Source: a virus. Taken from it: a stretch of DNA of 63,982 nt. The notes beneath the pieces were generated by a model, which was not told the origin of the DNA, made no database searches, and saw only the letters and a list, made by a program, of their open reading frames with translations. The stretch lies in IMG/VR virus record IMGVR_UViG_3300027573_000001, positions 1-63,982 of that record, one strand, 5' to 3'. The position numbers and the translations under genes are program-made. The stretch's first letter is position 1, and every line of letters begins with the position of its first letter. Shown here one piece after another: positions 52,445 through 60,765 of this stretch.

Positions 52445-53791
52445 ATGGTACTAGCTGCTGAACCATTACAAGAAACTACCAATGAGTTACTTACTTTACG
52501 TGAGTATCAACGTATAGGTCGGGACTTCTTAATAGATAAGAAGCGTGCATTCTTAACTGACTGGCCGGGTTTGGGTAAGACACTACAAGCGGCTGAGGCT
52601 ACTGTAGAATTCCCTGCTATAGTTAGTGCGCCTGCTTACTTAACTGAACAATGGTATAATTTCCTTGTTAAGCAGTATCCTAACAAGCGTGTGATTATGG
52701 CTACTGGTGCTACTATGCATCGTTTTGAGCGCCAGAAGATGTTAAATAAGCGTGCCGATTGGTATGTAGTAAACCACCAAATGTTCCGTGGTTGGTTTAC
52801 TATACCAGAATGTAAGACGGTTATATTTGATGAATGCCATCATCTACGCAATCGAACCGCGTTACAGTCTAAGGGAGCAGCAAAGTACGCGGCTAATATG
52901 GATAGACGGGTTTATATGTTATCAGCAACTCCCATGTGGAAAGATACTGATGACATTTGGATGCAGCTTCATATTGTCCAACCGCAAATCTTTACTTCTT
53001 ACAGAGATTTCGTGGACTATTTCATGCTTGTTGATGAAACAGCCTATGGACCCAAAGTACTTGGATTAAAGCGTCAAACTAAAAAAGAACTAGAAGCTAT
53101 GCTTTCAGTTCTAATGCTAGGTCGTTCATATAAGGATGTAGGACGGCAGTTACCTGATACAATTGAAACAGAAATTATTGTAGACTTTCCTAAACCTATA
53201 CAAGAGAAGTATGACGAACTACGAAAGAAGTACCGAGTACAATTCAATGAGGATGAAACGCTCATACTTTCTAGTTACTTGCAGGTACTGCGGTTACTAC
53301 GCTTGTTCACAAACTTTAAGGATAAACAAGAAGCAGCCCTTTCGCGCATTGAAGATGTTGATAAGCCAACATTGGTATTTACATGGTACATTGATACCGC
53401 AGAAGATATCTCAAAACTGATAGCGCAACGGTTCGGTAAGGATAATGTGTACTGTTTAACAGGTCATATTGATCCACAAGAGCGCCATAAGTTAGCACAC
53501 GAAGCACAAAGGAAAGGTAAGCATATTGTAGCTACTCTAAGCTCGCTTGGTGAAGGAATTAATCTGTATCAATATCGACACGTTCTCTTCTATGAAGAAG
53601 ATTGGCCTCCTGGACGAAACTACCAGGGATTGAGTAGAGTTGTACGTGACCGTAATGATGACGGACACAATACTGAACCTGTATTAGTATCATACGTCCA
53701 TGTCAACCGTAGTGTAGATGTCGCTATTCATAAGTCTAGTAAGAAGCGATCGTCTAACATCAAACAAGTTATGCAGGACATATTACTATAA
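52445..53791 (+). CDS. SNF2-family (SF2) helicase/translocase
   Basis: DWPGLGKTLQA, DECHHLRN, LSATP, GEGINL, QGLSRVVR. Confidence 0.85.
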   Translation: MVLAAEPLQETTNELLTLREYQRIGRDFLIDKKRAFLTDWPGLGKTLQAAEATVEFPAIVSAPAYLTEQWYNFLVKQYPNKRVIMATGATMHRFERQKMLNKRADWYVVNHQMFRGWFTIPECKTVIFDECHHLRNRTALQSKGAAKYAANMDRRVYMLSATPMWKDTDDIWMQLHIVQPQIFTSYRDFVDYFMLVDETAYGPKVLGLKRQTKKELEAMLSVLMLGRSYKDVGRQLPDTIETEIIVDFPKPIQEKYDELRKKYRVQFNEDETLILSSYLQVLRLLRLFTNFKDKQEAALSRIEDVDKPTLVFTWYIDTAEDISKLIAQRFGKDNVYCLTGHIDPQERHKLAHEAQRKGKHIVATLSSLGEGINLYQYRHVLFYEEDWPPGRNYQGLSRVVRDRNDDGHNTEPVLVSYVHVNRSVDVAIHKSSKKRSSNIKQVMQDILL

Positions 53792-53795
53792 AGGA

Positions 53796-54767
53796 ATGAG
53801 TATGAGAGATTTGTCAGGCTATCAAGCTAAGATTGTCTGTGATACTACAAATGGTGTAGGTACTCGTGTAACTACATTTGAGCTACAAATGCCTAAGTGG
53901 CTTGTAGCCGAATTGAATACGCATCGTAGTGCGCCCGAGGTTACTCGTCATCTTGCCCGTAATAGTGCTAGTAGCAGAGCAGTACCTACATCACGTATCA
54001 TTGCTGCTGTTACAACCAACCCTGTATACCCTACAGGATGGGAACTACAAGAAGATTTTATAGACGGACTGATTAATAATCCTGTTGTACCTACTGATTG
54101 GCGTGAGAACACAGGAGGTATGCAACAGGATACTATTCTTAGTGACTCAACTATAGCTACGCTTGACTACCTCTGGTTGCGTGCTAGAGATAGTATGATA
54201 AACTACGCTAGGCGTATGCTTGAACTAAAGGCTGATAAGCAGCGTGTGAATCGAATGCTTGAACCGTGGATGTGGACTAAAGTAGTAATTACTAGTACGG
54301 AGTGGGATGCATTCTTTGAACTAAGGAATCATCCCGCTGCACAACCTGAGTTTGGACACATTGCTCACTTAATGCATACAGAGTATAGTTCAAATGAGCC
54401 TAAATTAGCATACTGGCACATGCCATATTTACTTAATGATGATGATTTACAAGATGAGCATATAAACTACTTAAGAGGACTAAAGTTAGCAGGACACGAG
54501 CTTGTTAATCTTAACACTCCAGTCTTTGCTTATTTGCTTATTAGTGCTGCTAGGTGTGGGAGGGTTACATACTATCGTCAAGGAGAGACTAAAGACTTAC
54601 TAGATGATATACAGCGTGGACTCAGCTTTGCTAATAATAAGCATTGGTCACCTTTAGAGCACTGTGGTAGATTAATGAACGATAACAAGTGGTACGGGCC
54701 ATTCTTCGAGTTTAAATCACTACGTAAATATTTCCTTAATGAGTCTGGAAAAGGACGCCGACGGTGA
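53796..54767 (+). CDS. thyX: ThyX-like flavin-dependent thymidylate synthase (divergent motif)
   Basis: ELNTHRS..TRHLARNSASSRAV in place of RHRxxSxxxxSxR; WDAFFELRNHPAAQPEFGHIAHLM. Start moved to the ATG after the AAAGGA SD. Confidence 0.7.
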   Translation: MSMRDLSGYQAKIVCDTTNGVGTRVTTFELQMPKWLVAELNTHRSAPEVTRHLARNSASSRAVPTSRIIAAVTTNPVYPTGWELQEDFIDGLINNPVVPTDWRENTGGMQQDTILSDSTIATLDYLWLRARDSMINYARRMLELKADKQRVNRMLEPWMWTKVVITSTEWDAFFELRNHPAAQPEFGHIAHLMHTEYSSNEPKLAYWHMPYLLNDDDLQDEHINYLRGLKLAGHELVNLNTPVFAYLLISAARCGRVTYYRQGETKDLLDDIQRGLSFANNKHWSPLEHCGRLMNDNKWYGPFFEFKSLRKYFLNESGKGRRR

Positions 54768-54952
54768 ATAAAGACATTATGGTAGCTGATATTAGAGTTA
54801 TATTTGATAACACAAAAGGAGTATTTGTCGTAGGATGCCATACTTGTGAGCAAGAAGTAGAAGCCCCGCTAAACGCTACAGCAACAATTATCAATATGAT
54901 ACCTGAGTTTTCTGTTAAGCATCTACAACGATGTGGGAAGGAAATACAGTGA
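54764..54952 (+). CDS. Hypothetical small protein
   Basis: ORF track; coupled overlaps. Confidence 0.45.
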   Translation: MNKDIMVADIRVIFDNTKGVFVVGCHTCEQEVEAPLNATATIINMIPEFSVKHLQRCGKEIQ

Positions 54953-55455
54953 TTGCTGACGAACAAGAACTAGATCAAATATGGGAACCATATCCGCTAC
55001 AGCTAGGAGCAGTAGTTCGTATTAATATTAGTAACGAATGTAGTGTTGAGATGGAGTCAAGATTACATATTGAACAAATTAATAAAACTTTTGAGGATAA
55101 TAGAAAACACGCCCATCCAAAAGCTTATGATAAACAAATAGGAGTTGTTATTGGTATAGAAGATGATCCAGATAGACGAGGACATAGATATAGAGTTTTT
55201 ACCATCAAGGCTATATCCCACAACAACGAAGATTTATTAGGAGCAGACTTTGCAGGCGTAGAGCTAGAGTACATAGAGAGACATTTAACACGGCATGAAT
55301 GGAGCTTTGTTGTAGGTAGTGCAGTTCTCTTTGGCTTGCCTTGTCCTGAATACTGGAGTATACATCGAGTAGAATACTCTGATACAGGAGAGCCACAGGA
55401 CAAGGTTATTTGTATGGGCAGCTTACTAGACAATACATGTGGAAGGCATAGATAA
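54931..55455 (+). CDS. Hypothetical protein
   Basis: ORF track. Confidence 0.5.
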   Translation: MWEGNTVIADEQELDQIWEPYPLQLGAVVRINISNECSVEMESRLHIEQINKTFEDNRKHAHPKAYDKQIGVVIGIEDDPDRRGHRYRVFTIKAISHNNEDLLGADFAGVELEYIERHLTRHEWSFVVGSAVLFGLPCPEYWSIHRVEYSDTGEPQDKVICMGSLLDNTCGRHR

Positions 55456-55542
55456 TACGTACTTTTCTACGGAAAAAAGTACCTACTTGAATATTTCCTA
55501 TATGTGTGGTACTATGTAATAGTGGGGAGAAACGCACCAGTC

Positions 55543-56589
55543 ATGATTACATCTATTAGCGACATTCAGACGTATTTACGCTGTCGCAGACAGTGGGATT
55601 ACCAGTCTTCAAATAGGCGCAACCTTACTCGCGGCGGTATGAAAGCACCTGAGTTAGAACTAGGCACACTTATCCACGCTGCGTTAGCTGATTGGACACT
55701 TAGACCAGACATTGATCCCGTAAAGCTATTCATGCAGCATAGCGCAAAGCGTCTAAACGAAATTCAGAAGCAGTATCTAGAACTAGTAGGTACAAGTATT
55801 AGTGACGATGAACTATCATCATTCTATGCCTCAATAGATCTAGGCAAGGATATGATAGCTAACTACAAAGAACACTGGAAGACTCCACTACCTAATAACT
55901 TTGAATATGCATTCCCTGAACAAGAGGTTATAGTAGATATTCCTGGCACTGAACATAGATGTAAGTCATGCTTTGATTCAGCATATAAGAATGAAAGCAT
56001 AACAGTTATTTACTCAAATGATGCAGAAATTAAATTCTCTGCTAATAGTGATTGTCCTAAGTGTCATGGTACTGGTGTAGAAAAGCATCAAATCCGTGCT
56101 ATTCTTGATGGCTTGCTAAAGAGTAAGCGTGGTACGTATGTTGTGCTAGAGCGTAAGACATTTGATCCACGCTATGCCCCTACTGAGGAAAGTTTACAGA
56201 CTAACTTTCAGTTTGTAGGGTATACATGGATCGTGCGTGAGTTAGGTATGACACCTGTAGCTGGTGTAGCCTATGATGGACTACGTAAGCAAAAGGCACC
56301 AGGAAAGACAGGTAAAGCAACACGATTGGAAGACTTGTTTATCCGTACAATGGTGCAGTTTACAACTGAGCAACTTGATTTATGGGCAGTAGACCTAGCG
56401 GCTATTGTTAATGAAATGGCTAACAATCCTGTGATTTATCCTCATAGGCCGTGGGATGGATGTCGTCGTTGTTCATTCGATAGCCTGTGCCAGTCACAAT
56501 CACGCGGCGAAGACTTTGAGCACTTGATTCAACTTAACTACGTACAGCGGCCAAACACACGCCCTATTCTTACGGTGGTAAATAACTAA
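55543..56589 (+). CDS. PD-(D/E)XK nuclease, Cas4/RecB-like with C-terminal Cys cluster
   Basis: ISDIQTYLRCRRQW at the N-terminus; ILDGLL..VVLERKT; CRRCSFDSLC at the C-terminus. Confidence 0.7.
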   Translation: MITSISDIQTYLRCRRQWDYQSSNRRNLTRGGMKAPELELGTLIHAALADWTLRPDIDPVKLFMQHSAKRLNEIQKQYLELVGTSISDDELSSFYASIDLGKDMIANYKEHWKTPLPNNFEYAFPEQEVIVDIPGTEHRCKSCFDSAYKNESITVIYSNDAEIKFSANSDCPKCHGTGVEKHQIRAILDGLLKSKRGTYVVLERKTFDPRYAPTEESLQTNFQFVGYTWIVRELGMTPVAGVAYDGLRKQKAPGKTGKATRLEDLFIRTMVQFTTEQLDLWAVDLAAIVNEMANNPVIYPHRPWDGCRRCSFDSLCQSQSRGEDFEHLIQLNYVQRPNTRPILTVVNN

Positions 56590-57176
56590 TGCCTGTTCTG
56601 AGTGATTTTGATTTACTACAACTTGGTGGAAGATTAACTGAACCTTTCATACCTACTAATGTACAGCCTAATAGTATTGATGTGCATTTAGGACAATCGG
56701 TTAAGTACTCAAACATCCCTGTCGATTATGTGTATGATATGCGAAAGGCACATCTTGACGGGATTGATTACACAGAACATGATCTAACTAAAAGTGACTT
56801 AATAATTCCATCAAGACGATTTTGTTTAGGGGTAACTCTAGAAACTATTAAAGTACCACAAGTTTATTATAATTATGCTGGAATCTTCTCTCTTACTGCG
56901 AAGATTGAAGGTAGGTCAGGAGTAGGTAGGACAGGTCTTTGTGTTGTCAATGCAGGTAGAGTAGACACAGGATGGGAAGGTAAGCTAACATTAGAACTAT
57001 ACAACTCGGAGCAGTTTCCTATTGTGTTATTCTATGGTATGCCGATCGCACAAGTAGTATATGAGACTACAGTATCTCCAGTAGGCATACCCTATGGTGC
57101 ACCAGCATTGCACAGTAAGTATCAAGGTGATACTAAAGCTGAACCATCAAAGATGTGGAAGAATTATGCTGATTGA
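56589..57176 (+). CDS. dcd: dCTP deaminase / dUTPase-superfamily protein
   Basis: NSIDVHLG; GRSGVGRTGL..NAGRVDTGWEGKLTLELYN; MPIAQVVY. Confidence 0.8.
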   Translation: MPVLSDFDLLQLGGRLTEPFIPTNVQPNSIDVHLGQSVKYSNIPVDYVYDMRKAHLDGIDYTEHDLTKSDLIIPSRRFCLGVTLETIKVPQVYYNYAGIFSLTAKIEGRSGVGRTGLCVVNAGRVDTGWEGKLTLELYNSEQFPIVLFYGMPIAQVVYETTVSPVGIPYGAPALHSKYQGDTKAEPSKMWKNYAD

Positions 57177-57354
57177 ACTTAGTATAATATACATACTATG
57201 TGCTGTGTCTATCTGTATATCACTCTACTTGTGGTACAAAGTAGGAGAACTAACAGAGGGAAGTAGTCATAATGCATGGACAGTAGAATATAGACTAAAT
57301 AACCTACTAAAGCGAATAGAGAAGTTAGAAGCTGCACAGAAGATAGAAGAGTAA
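57166..57354 (+). CDS. Small single-TM protein
   Basis: MLIELSIIYILCAVSICISLYLWY then a coiled tail; start moved to the internal ATG. Confidence 0.45.
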   Translation: MLIELSIIYILCAVSICISLYLWYKVGELTEGSSHNAWTVEYRLNNLLKRIEKLEAAQKIEE

Positions 57355-57402
57355 ACACTATGGGCGTGGACCGAACGGTTTGACGGTGATTGTCTTATAA
57401 AC

Positions 57403-57476
57403 GGGGCGGAAGCATAACTGGTATATGCAGGCGTCTTATAAGCGCCAGATAGTGCGTTCAAGTCGCACCCGCCCTA
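57403..57476 (+). tRNA. tRNA-Ile (anticodon UAU), tentative
   Basis: Hand fold: acceptor GGGGCGG/CCGCCCT (G1-U72), D stem GCAT/ATGC, anticodon stem GGCGT/GCGCC with loop CTTATAA, T arm GTGCG-TTCAAGT-CGCAC. A at position 8 is atypical. Confidence 0.55.
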
Positions 57477-57478
57477 CC

Positions 57479-57568
57479 GAGTAGAAAGATGACTAATACC
57501 GTGAGGATTAGTGGTGAGTAGTTAGCTATTCGGACTAGCTAATTATCCTATGCAGCATCTTTCTACTC
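57479..57568 (+). ncRNA. Closed structured element 1 (13-bp closing stem, two inner hairpins, GUGA tetraloop)
   Basis: GAGTAGAAAGATG (57479-57491) pairs perfectly with CATCTTTCTACTC (57556-57568). Inner hairpins ACTAAT.CC[GTGA]GG.ATTAGT and TAGTTAGCTA..TAGCTAATTA. Confidence 0.5.
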
Positions 57569-57570
57569 AT

Positions 57571-57654
57571 GCCCGCATGGCGGAATTGGCAGACGCAACT
57601 GATTTAAAATCAGTCGCCAGTAATGGCATCAGGGTTCGAGTCCCTGTGTGGGCA
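57571..57654 (+). tRNA. tRNA-Leu (anticodon UAA), long variable arm
   Basis: Acceptor GCCCGCA/TGTGGGC, anticodon arm ACTGA-TTTAAAA-TCAGT, T arm CAGGG-TTCGAGT-CCCTG. Confidence 0.85.
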
Positions 57655-57656
57655 CC

Positions 57657-57749
57657 GAGTTAGAGATGCTACTAATCGTGAGGTTAGTAGGAAGTTAAGT
57701 AGTATCGTGCCCATCAGTATTACTTAGTTTCTGCCCACATCTCTAACTC
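57657..57749 (+). ncRNA. Closed structured element 2 (paralog of element 1)
   Basis: GAGTTAGAGATG (57657-57668) pairs perfectly with CATCTCTAACTC (57738-57749). Inner hairpin CTACTAATC[GTGA]GGTTAGTAG. Confidence 0.5.
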
Positions 57750-57777
57750 TACTAATTGCGCGGAGGAAGGTTAGGTA

Positions 57778-58089
57778 TTGATTGCTTTAATTATCGGCAC
57801 AGCTATGCTTTGGTGTCAAGAAGCAAGAGTAACTGGATATGTCAGGACGGAGTTTAGCTCATATACTTATGACGGTACACACATCATGACGGATGAACCT
57901 ATTGTAGCTGCCTCGTGGAATATCCCTATTGATTCATATGTATGGATAGAAGGGCTAGGGACATATAGAGTAGCAGATAGGGGTCATCTAGGATCGTCTG
58001 GATGGATTGACATTCCAGTATGGTCTAGACAAGAGGCATACTCTTTGACTGGTTATCGTACAATTTGTATACATCCAAGTGGACAGTAA
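57778..58089 (+). CDS. 3D-domain (MltA/RlpA-like double-psi barrel) protein
   Basis: TTG start after GGAGGAAGG; IVAASWNIPIDSYVWIEGLGTYRVADRGHLGSSGWIDIPVWS. Confidence 0.6.
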   Translation: MIALIIGTAMLWCQEARVTGYVRTEFSSYTYDGTHIMTDEPIVAASWNIPIDSYVWIEGLGTYRVADRGHLGSSGWIDIPVWSRQEAYSLTGYRTICIHPSGQ

Positions 58090-58091
58090 TT

Positions 58092-58421
58092 ATGGATAAA
58101 ATATGGGGGCTACCTATAGTAATAGTAGATAATGGTTCGATACCTAACGATGTTATTATAGTCTCTAACCAAGAGTTACACATTCCGCACGCAAATGAGG
58201 TACGTACTATGAAGCGCACTGTACAGATTGATGTAACGACGAGCATTCCTGTTGAGGTGGCACAAGAAGCATTGGCTAGTCGAGCACTTGAACTATTGAA
58301 GCGTGAGATTGAAATGGCTACTCGTAAGGCTATTCGTGAGTTCATTGCTAATGGTATCAGTGCTAGCCTTGAAGACTTAGCAATTAAGGCCGAGAAGAAG
58401 ACGGTGAAGTATAGTGGATAA
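58092..58421 (+). CDS. Hypothetical protein
   Basis: ORF track; ATG just after the upstream stop. Confidence 0.5.
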   Translation: MDKIWGLPIVIVDNGSIPNDVIIVSNQELHIPHANEVRTMKRTVQIDVTTSIPVEVAQEALASRALELLKREIEMATRKAIREFIANGISASLEDLAIKAEKKTVKYSG

Positions 58422-58508
58422 ATGGATGGCTGCTATGTGTATGTATATCCTAGTAATTGCGGCAACACTAGCGGGACTAATCTTGCTACTAACAACTGGA
58501 GGTAATTA

Positions 58509-59363
58509 GTGGTACAGAGTGTAGTTGACGATACGGCTTCTTACGATATTCCAGAGACATTCGGTGGAGTACCTATTCGTCCCATTGCTAATATTAGTAC
58601 TAGTATGGGTACGTTCATGGCTTTGTATGGGGGAGGGGGAGTAGGTAAAACAGCAACTATTGGTAAGGTAGCTCATAGTCACGGACCGCTATTGTACGTT
58701 GATGCTGAGGGTGGAGGTAAGTCTATTACACATATTCCAGGAATTCATATCGCCGAGGTTACTACATGGAGAGAGATAGCTAATATAACTCGTGACTTGA
58801 AAGGAAAAGCAGGTAAGTACCCCTTCAAGACTATATGTTTCGATAATTTATCGGAGATACAGTCTCTATGCTTAAATGATATTGTCCCAGTAGGTAGCGC
58901 AGTACAAATTCAGCATTACGGCGAAGCTACAGCTAGAATGCTAAAACTTACTAGGGACTTACGAGAAGTAGCACGTACACAGGGGGTGCATGTATTTCTT
59001 ATTGCATGGGATAGTCCAGAAATGAGTGAAGGTGGAGTAGTCACAAAGCGTGGAGTAGGATTCACTCCATCACTCGCACGGCAGTTTCCAGGGATTGTAA
59101 CCTATGTCGGTTATTTACAAGCCGTTGATGGGTACCCGACTATACGCAGACTTAGCTTCACTGTTAGTAGCAAAACCGATGCCAAGTTCCGTGTATCACC
59201 TAGTGAAGCTGTTGCGGAAATACCGCTTGAATTATGGATTCGTCAGGAAGATAACATACTTGGTGATATTATCGAGACAGAAGCAAAAGGAAAGAAGTTC
59301 CCTGCCAACAAGTACGGTAAACCCAACGAGACTGAGCGTGAGAAAGAGCGAGTGCGTATCTAG
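58509..59363 (+). CDS. P-loop ATPase (AAA_24/Sak4-like recombination ATPase, putative)
   Basis: GTG start after GGAGG; ALYGGGGVGKTAT Walker A; ICFDNLSE Walker B-like. Confidence 0.65.
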   Translation: MVQSVVDDTASYDIPETFGGVPIRPIANISTSMGTFMALYGGGGVGKTATIGKVAHSHGPLLYVDAEGGGKSITHIPGIHIAEVTTWREIANITRDLKGKAGKYPFKTICFDNLSEIQSLCLNDIVPVGSAVQIQHYGEATARMLKLTRDLREVARTQGVHVFLIAWDSPEMSEGGVVTKRGVGFTPSLARQFPGIVTYVGYLQAVDGYPTIRRLSFTVSSKTDAKFRVSPSEAVAEIPLELWIRQEDNILGDIIETEAKGKKFPANKYGKPNETEREKERVRI

Positions 59364-59458
59364 TACACGTACTCATACTAACCTACATACATTCTGGTAC
59401 AGGAGTAGAGCACCGCCCATAAACAGAACAAGTTAATCCAGTCCACACCCCCAACATC

Positions 59459-59522
59459 TAAACACTACCTACTAAGTCACATAGTTTAAGACGCGAACGG
59501 TCCGCTTAGTAGGTAGTGTTTA
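59459..59522. repeat. Perfect 18-bp inverted repeat TAAACACTACCTACTAAG / CTTAGTAGGTAGTGTTTA, 28-nt spacer
   Basis: Read directly. Confidence 0.9.
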
Positions 59523-59526
59523 TTCA

Positions 59527-59566
59527 GCATAAACCTACAAATGTAGGCATAAACCTACAAATGTAG
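59527..59566. promoter_or_regulatory. Two tandem 20-bp units, each with the palindrome CCTACAAATGTAGG (operator-like)
   Basis: GCATAAACCTACAAATGTAG x2, 45 nt upstream of the GTG at 59612. Confidence 0.6.
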
Positions 59567-59611
59567 GTACAAGCCTCCTCCCGTTAATCGGGCAAGAAAG
59601 AGGAAACTTCC

Positions 59612-60004
59612 GTGCCAATTATTGACTTTAGTGGTGTGCAAGAGCTTGAAGCTCTTCCCGAAGATACGTACCCCTGCATCATTGCTGATATCAGCCGTGA
59701 GACTGCAAAGGAAGCGGGAAAGTACGACTACTACAAGGTAAAGTTCACGGTCAGCGATGATACCTCCGACGTTAATGGGCGCTCAGTGTACCGTAACTAC
59801 AGCCTTAGCCCTAAGTCGCTGTGGGCACTTAAGCAGTTCATGGTTATTGCTGGTACTGACCCTGAGAAGTTCAGTGGTGAAGTGGACACAGACGAAGAGA
59901 TGCTTGAGCTTAAGGGTGCAGAGGTAGACGTTACTGTATCCGTTAAGACCTATAACGATAAGCTCGTTAATGAGGTCACAAAGGTAGCGCCTCCAGGTAT
60001 CTAA
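59612..60004 (+). CDS. DUF669-like protein (putative ssDNA-binding partner of the Sak4-like ATPase)
   Basis: N-terminal IIDFSGVQELEALPEDTYPCIIADI resembles DUF669; adjacency to the AAA_24-like gene. Confidence 0.45.
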   Translation: MPIIDFSGVQELEALPEDTYPCIIADISRETAKEAGKYDYYKVKFTVSDDTSDVNGRSVYRNYSLSPKSLWALKQFMVIAGTDPEKFSGEVDTDEEMLELKGAEVDVTVSVKTYNDKLVNEVTKVAPPGI

Positions 60005-60101
60005 GAGTACACCACTAGTATTAGGTGGTCAAGTCAGCGGTAAAGAGTATGTGTACGGAGGCTGACTGGCATATACATACTTACCACTTTAGGAGAACAT
60101 A

Positions 60102-60290
60102 ATGCGTAAGACTATTGCAGCGTTTGTTTTCGCACTCACCTTAATGGTGACTACTACTAGTGCTACTTTTGCTGCTCCGTCGCCACCGACGAATGGTGGT
60201 AACGGTGCTGGTTCTAGTGGTAATTGTACTGGTCCTGCCAGTGAGCGTCCGACTTCCTGTCAGTCGCCAGGTGGTGTATCAGGTCGCTAA
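60102..60290 (+). CDS. Secreted small peptide precursor (signal peptide plus 37-aa Pro/Gly/Ser-rich, 2-Cys peptide)
   Basis: AGGAG SD; MRKTIAAFVFALTLMVTTTSATFA|AP... Confidence 0.55.
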   Translation: MRKTIAAFVFALTLMVTTTSATFAAPSPPTNGGNGAGSSGNCTGPASERPTSCQSPGGVSGR

Positions 60291-60479
60291 CTAAAAATAC
60301 TGGCGCCGTAGGGTACTTGGAAGGTAACAACCAAGCTAGTATTTGTGTAGTAGTACATCTCCAAACGCAGTTGGTCAAGCGAACAACGTAAAAGCGTGCG
60401 TTGCCCATTTGGGGCATAGGAACCACTACCACGCTACTGTGTAGACTACTACCCTACATTTATTATACGGAGAATAATT

Positions 60480-60683
60480 ATGACTGAGGAAGATTTTCAG
60501 ACGAAATATCATACTTACTCAACATATAATTATGAGAATGCGAAAGCCGAAGCAGAATCAATTACTCTTAGCGATGGAAGGCATCCTGAGGTAATAGGCT
60601 TTCCATTTGGACAAAATATCCAATATTGCTTAGTTCTACCTAGAGCAGCAAAATATATTAGTAGTCTGTATCTAGCTAGTTAG
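60480..60683 (+). CDS. Hypothetical protein
   Basis: GGAG SD; ORF track. Confidence 0.5.
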   Translation: MTEEDFQTKYHTYSTYNYENAKAEAESITLSDGRHPEVIGFPFGQNIQYCLVLPRAAKYISSLYLAS

Positions 60684-60688
60684 CGCAT

Positions 60689-60765
60689 AGGACCGTTAGC
60701 TCAATCGGCAGAGCACATGGTTTACATCCATGAGGTTCCGCGTTCGAGTCGCGGACGGTCCACCA
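60689..60765 (+). tRNA. tRNA-Val (anticodon UAC), CCA encoded
   Basis: Acceptor GGACCGT/ACGGTCC, anticodon arm CATGG-TTTACAT-CCATG, T arm CCGCG-TTCGAGT-CGCGG. Confidence 0.85.

Noticed and set aside
57571-57654. Considered a suppressor tRNA or stop-codon recoding to explain the long ORF-free regions
   Set aside because: The anticodon loops read UAA (Leu), UAC (Val) and UAU (Ile), none complementary to a stop codon. Standard-code ORFs tile the rest of the genome densely with normal stops.
60214-60432. Minus-strand ORF 60214..60432
   Set aside because: It overlaps the 3' end of the well-supported secreted-peptide gene on the opposite strand, and extends into an intergenic region that has long-range complementarity (GTAGTAGT 60347-60354 with ACTACTAC 60450-60457). 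It has no SD.
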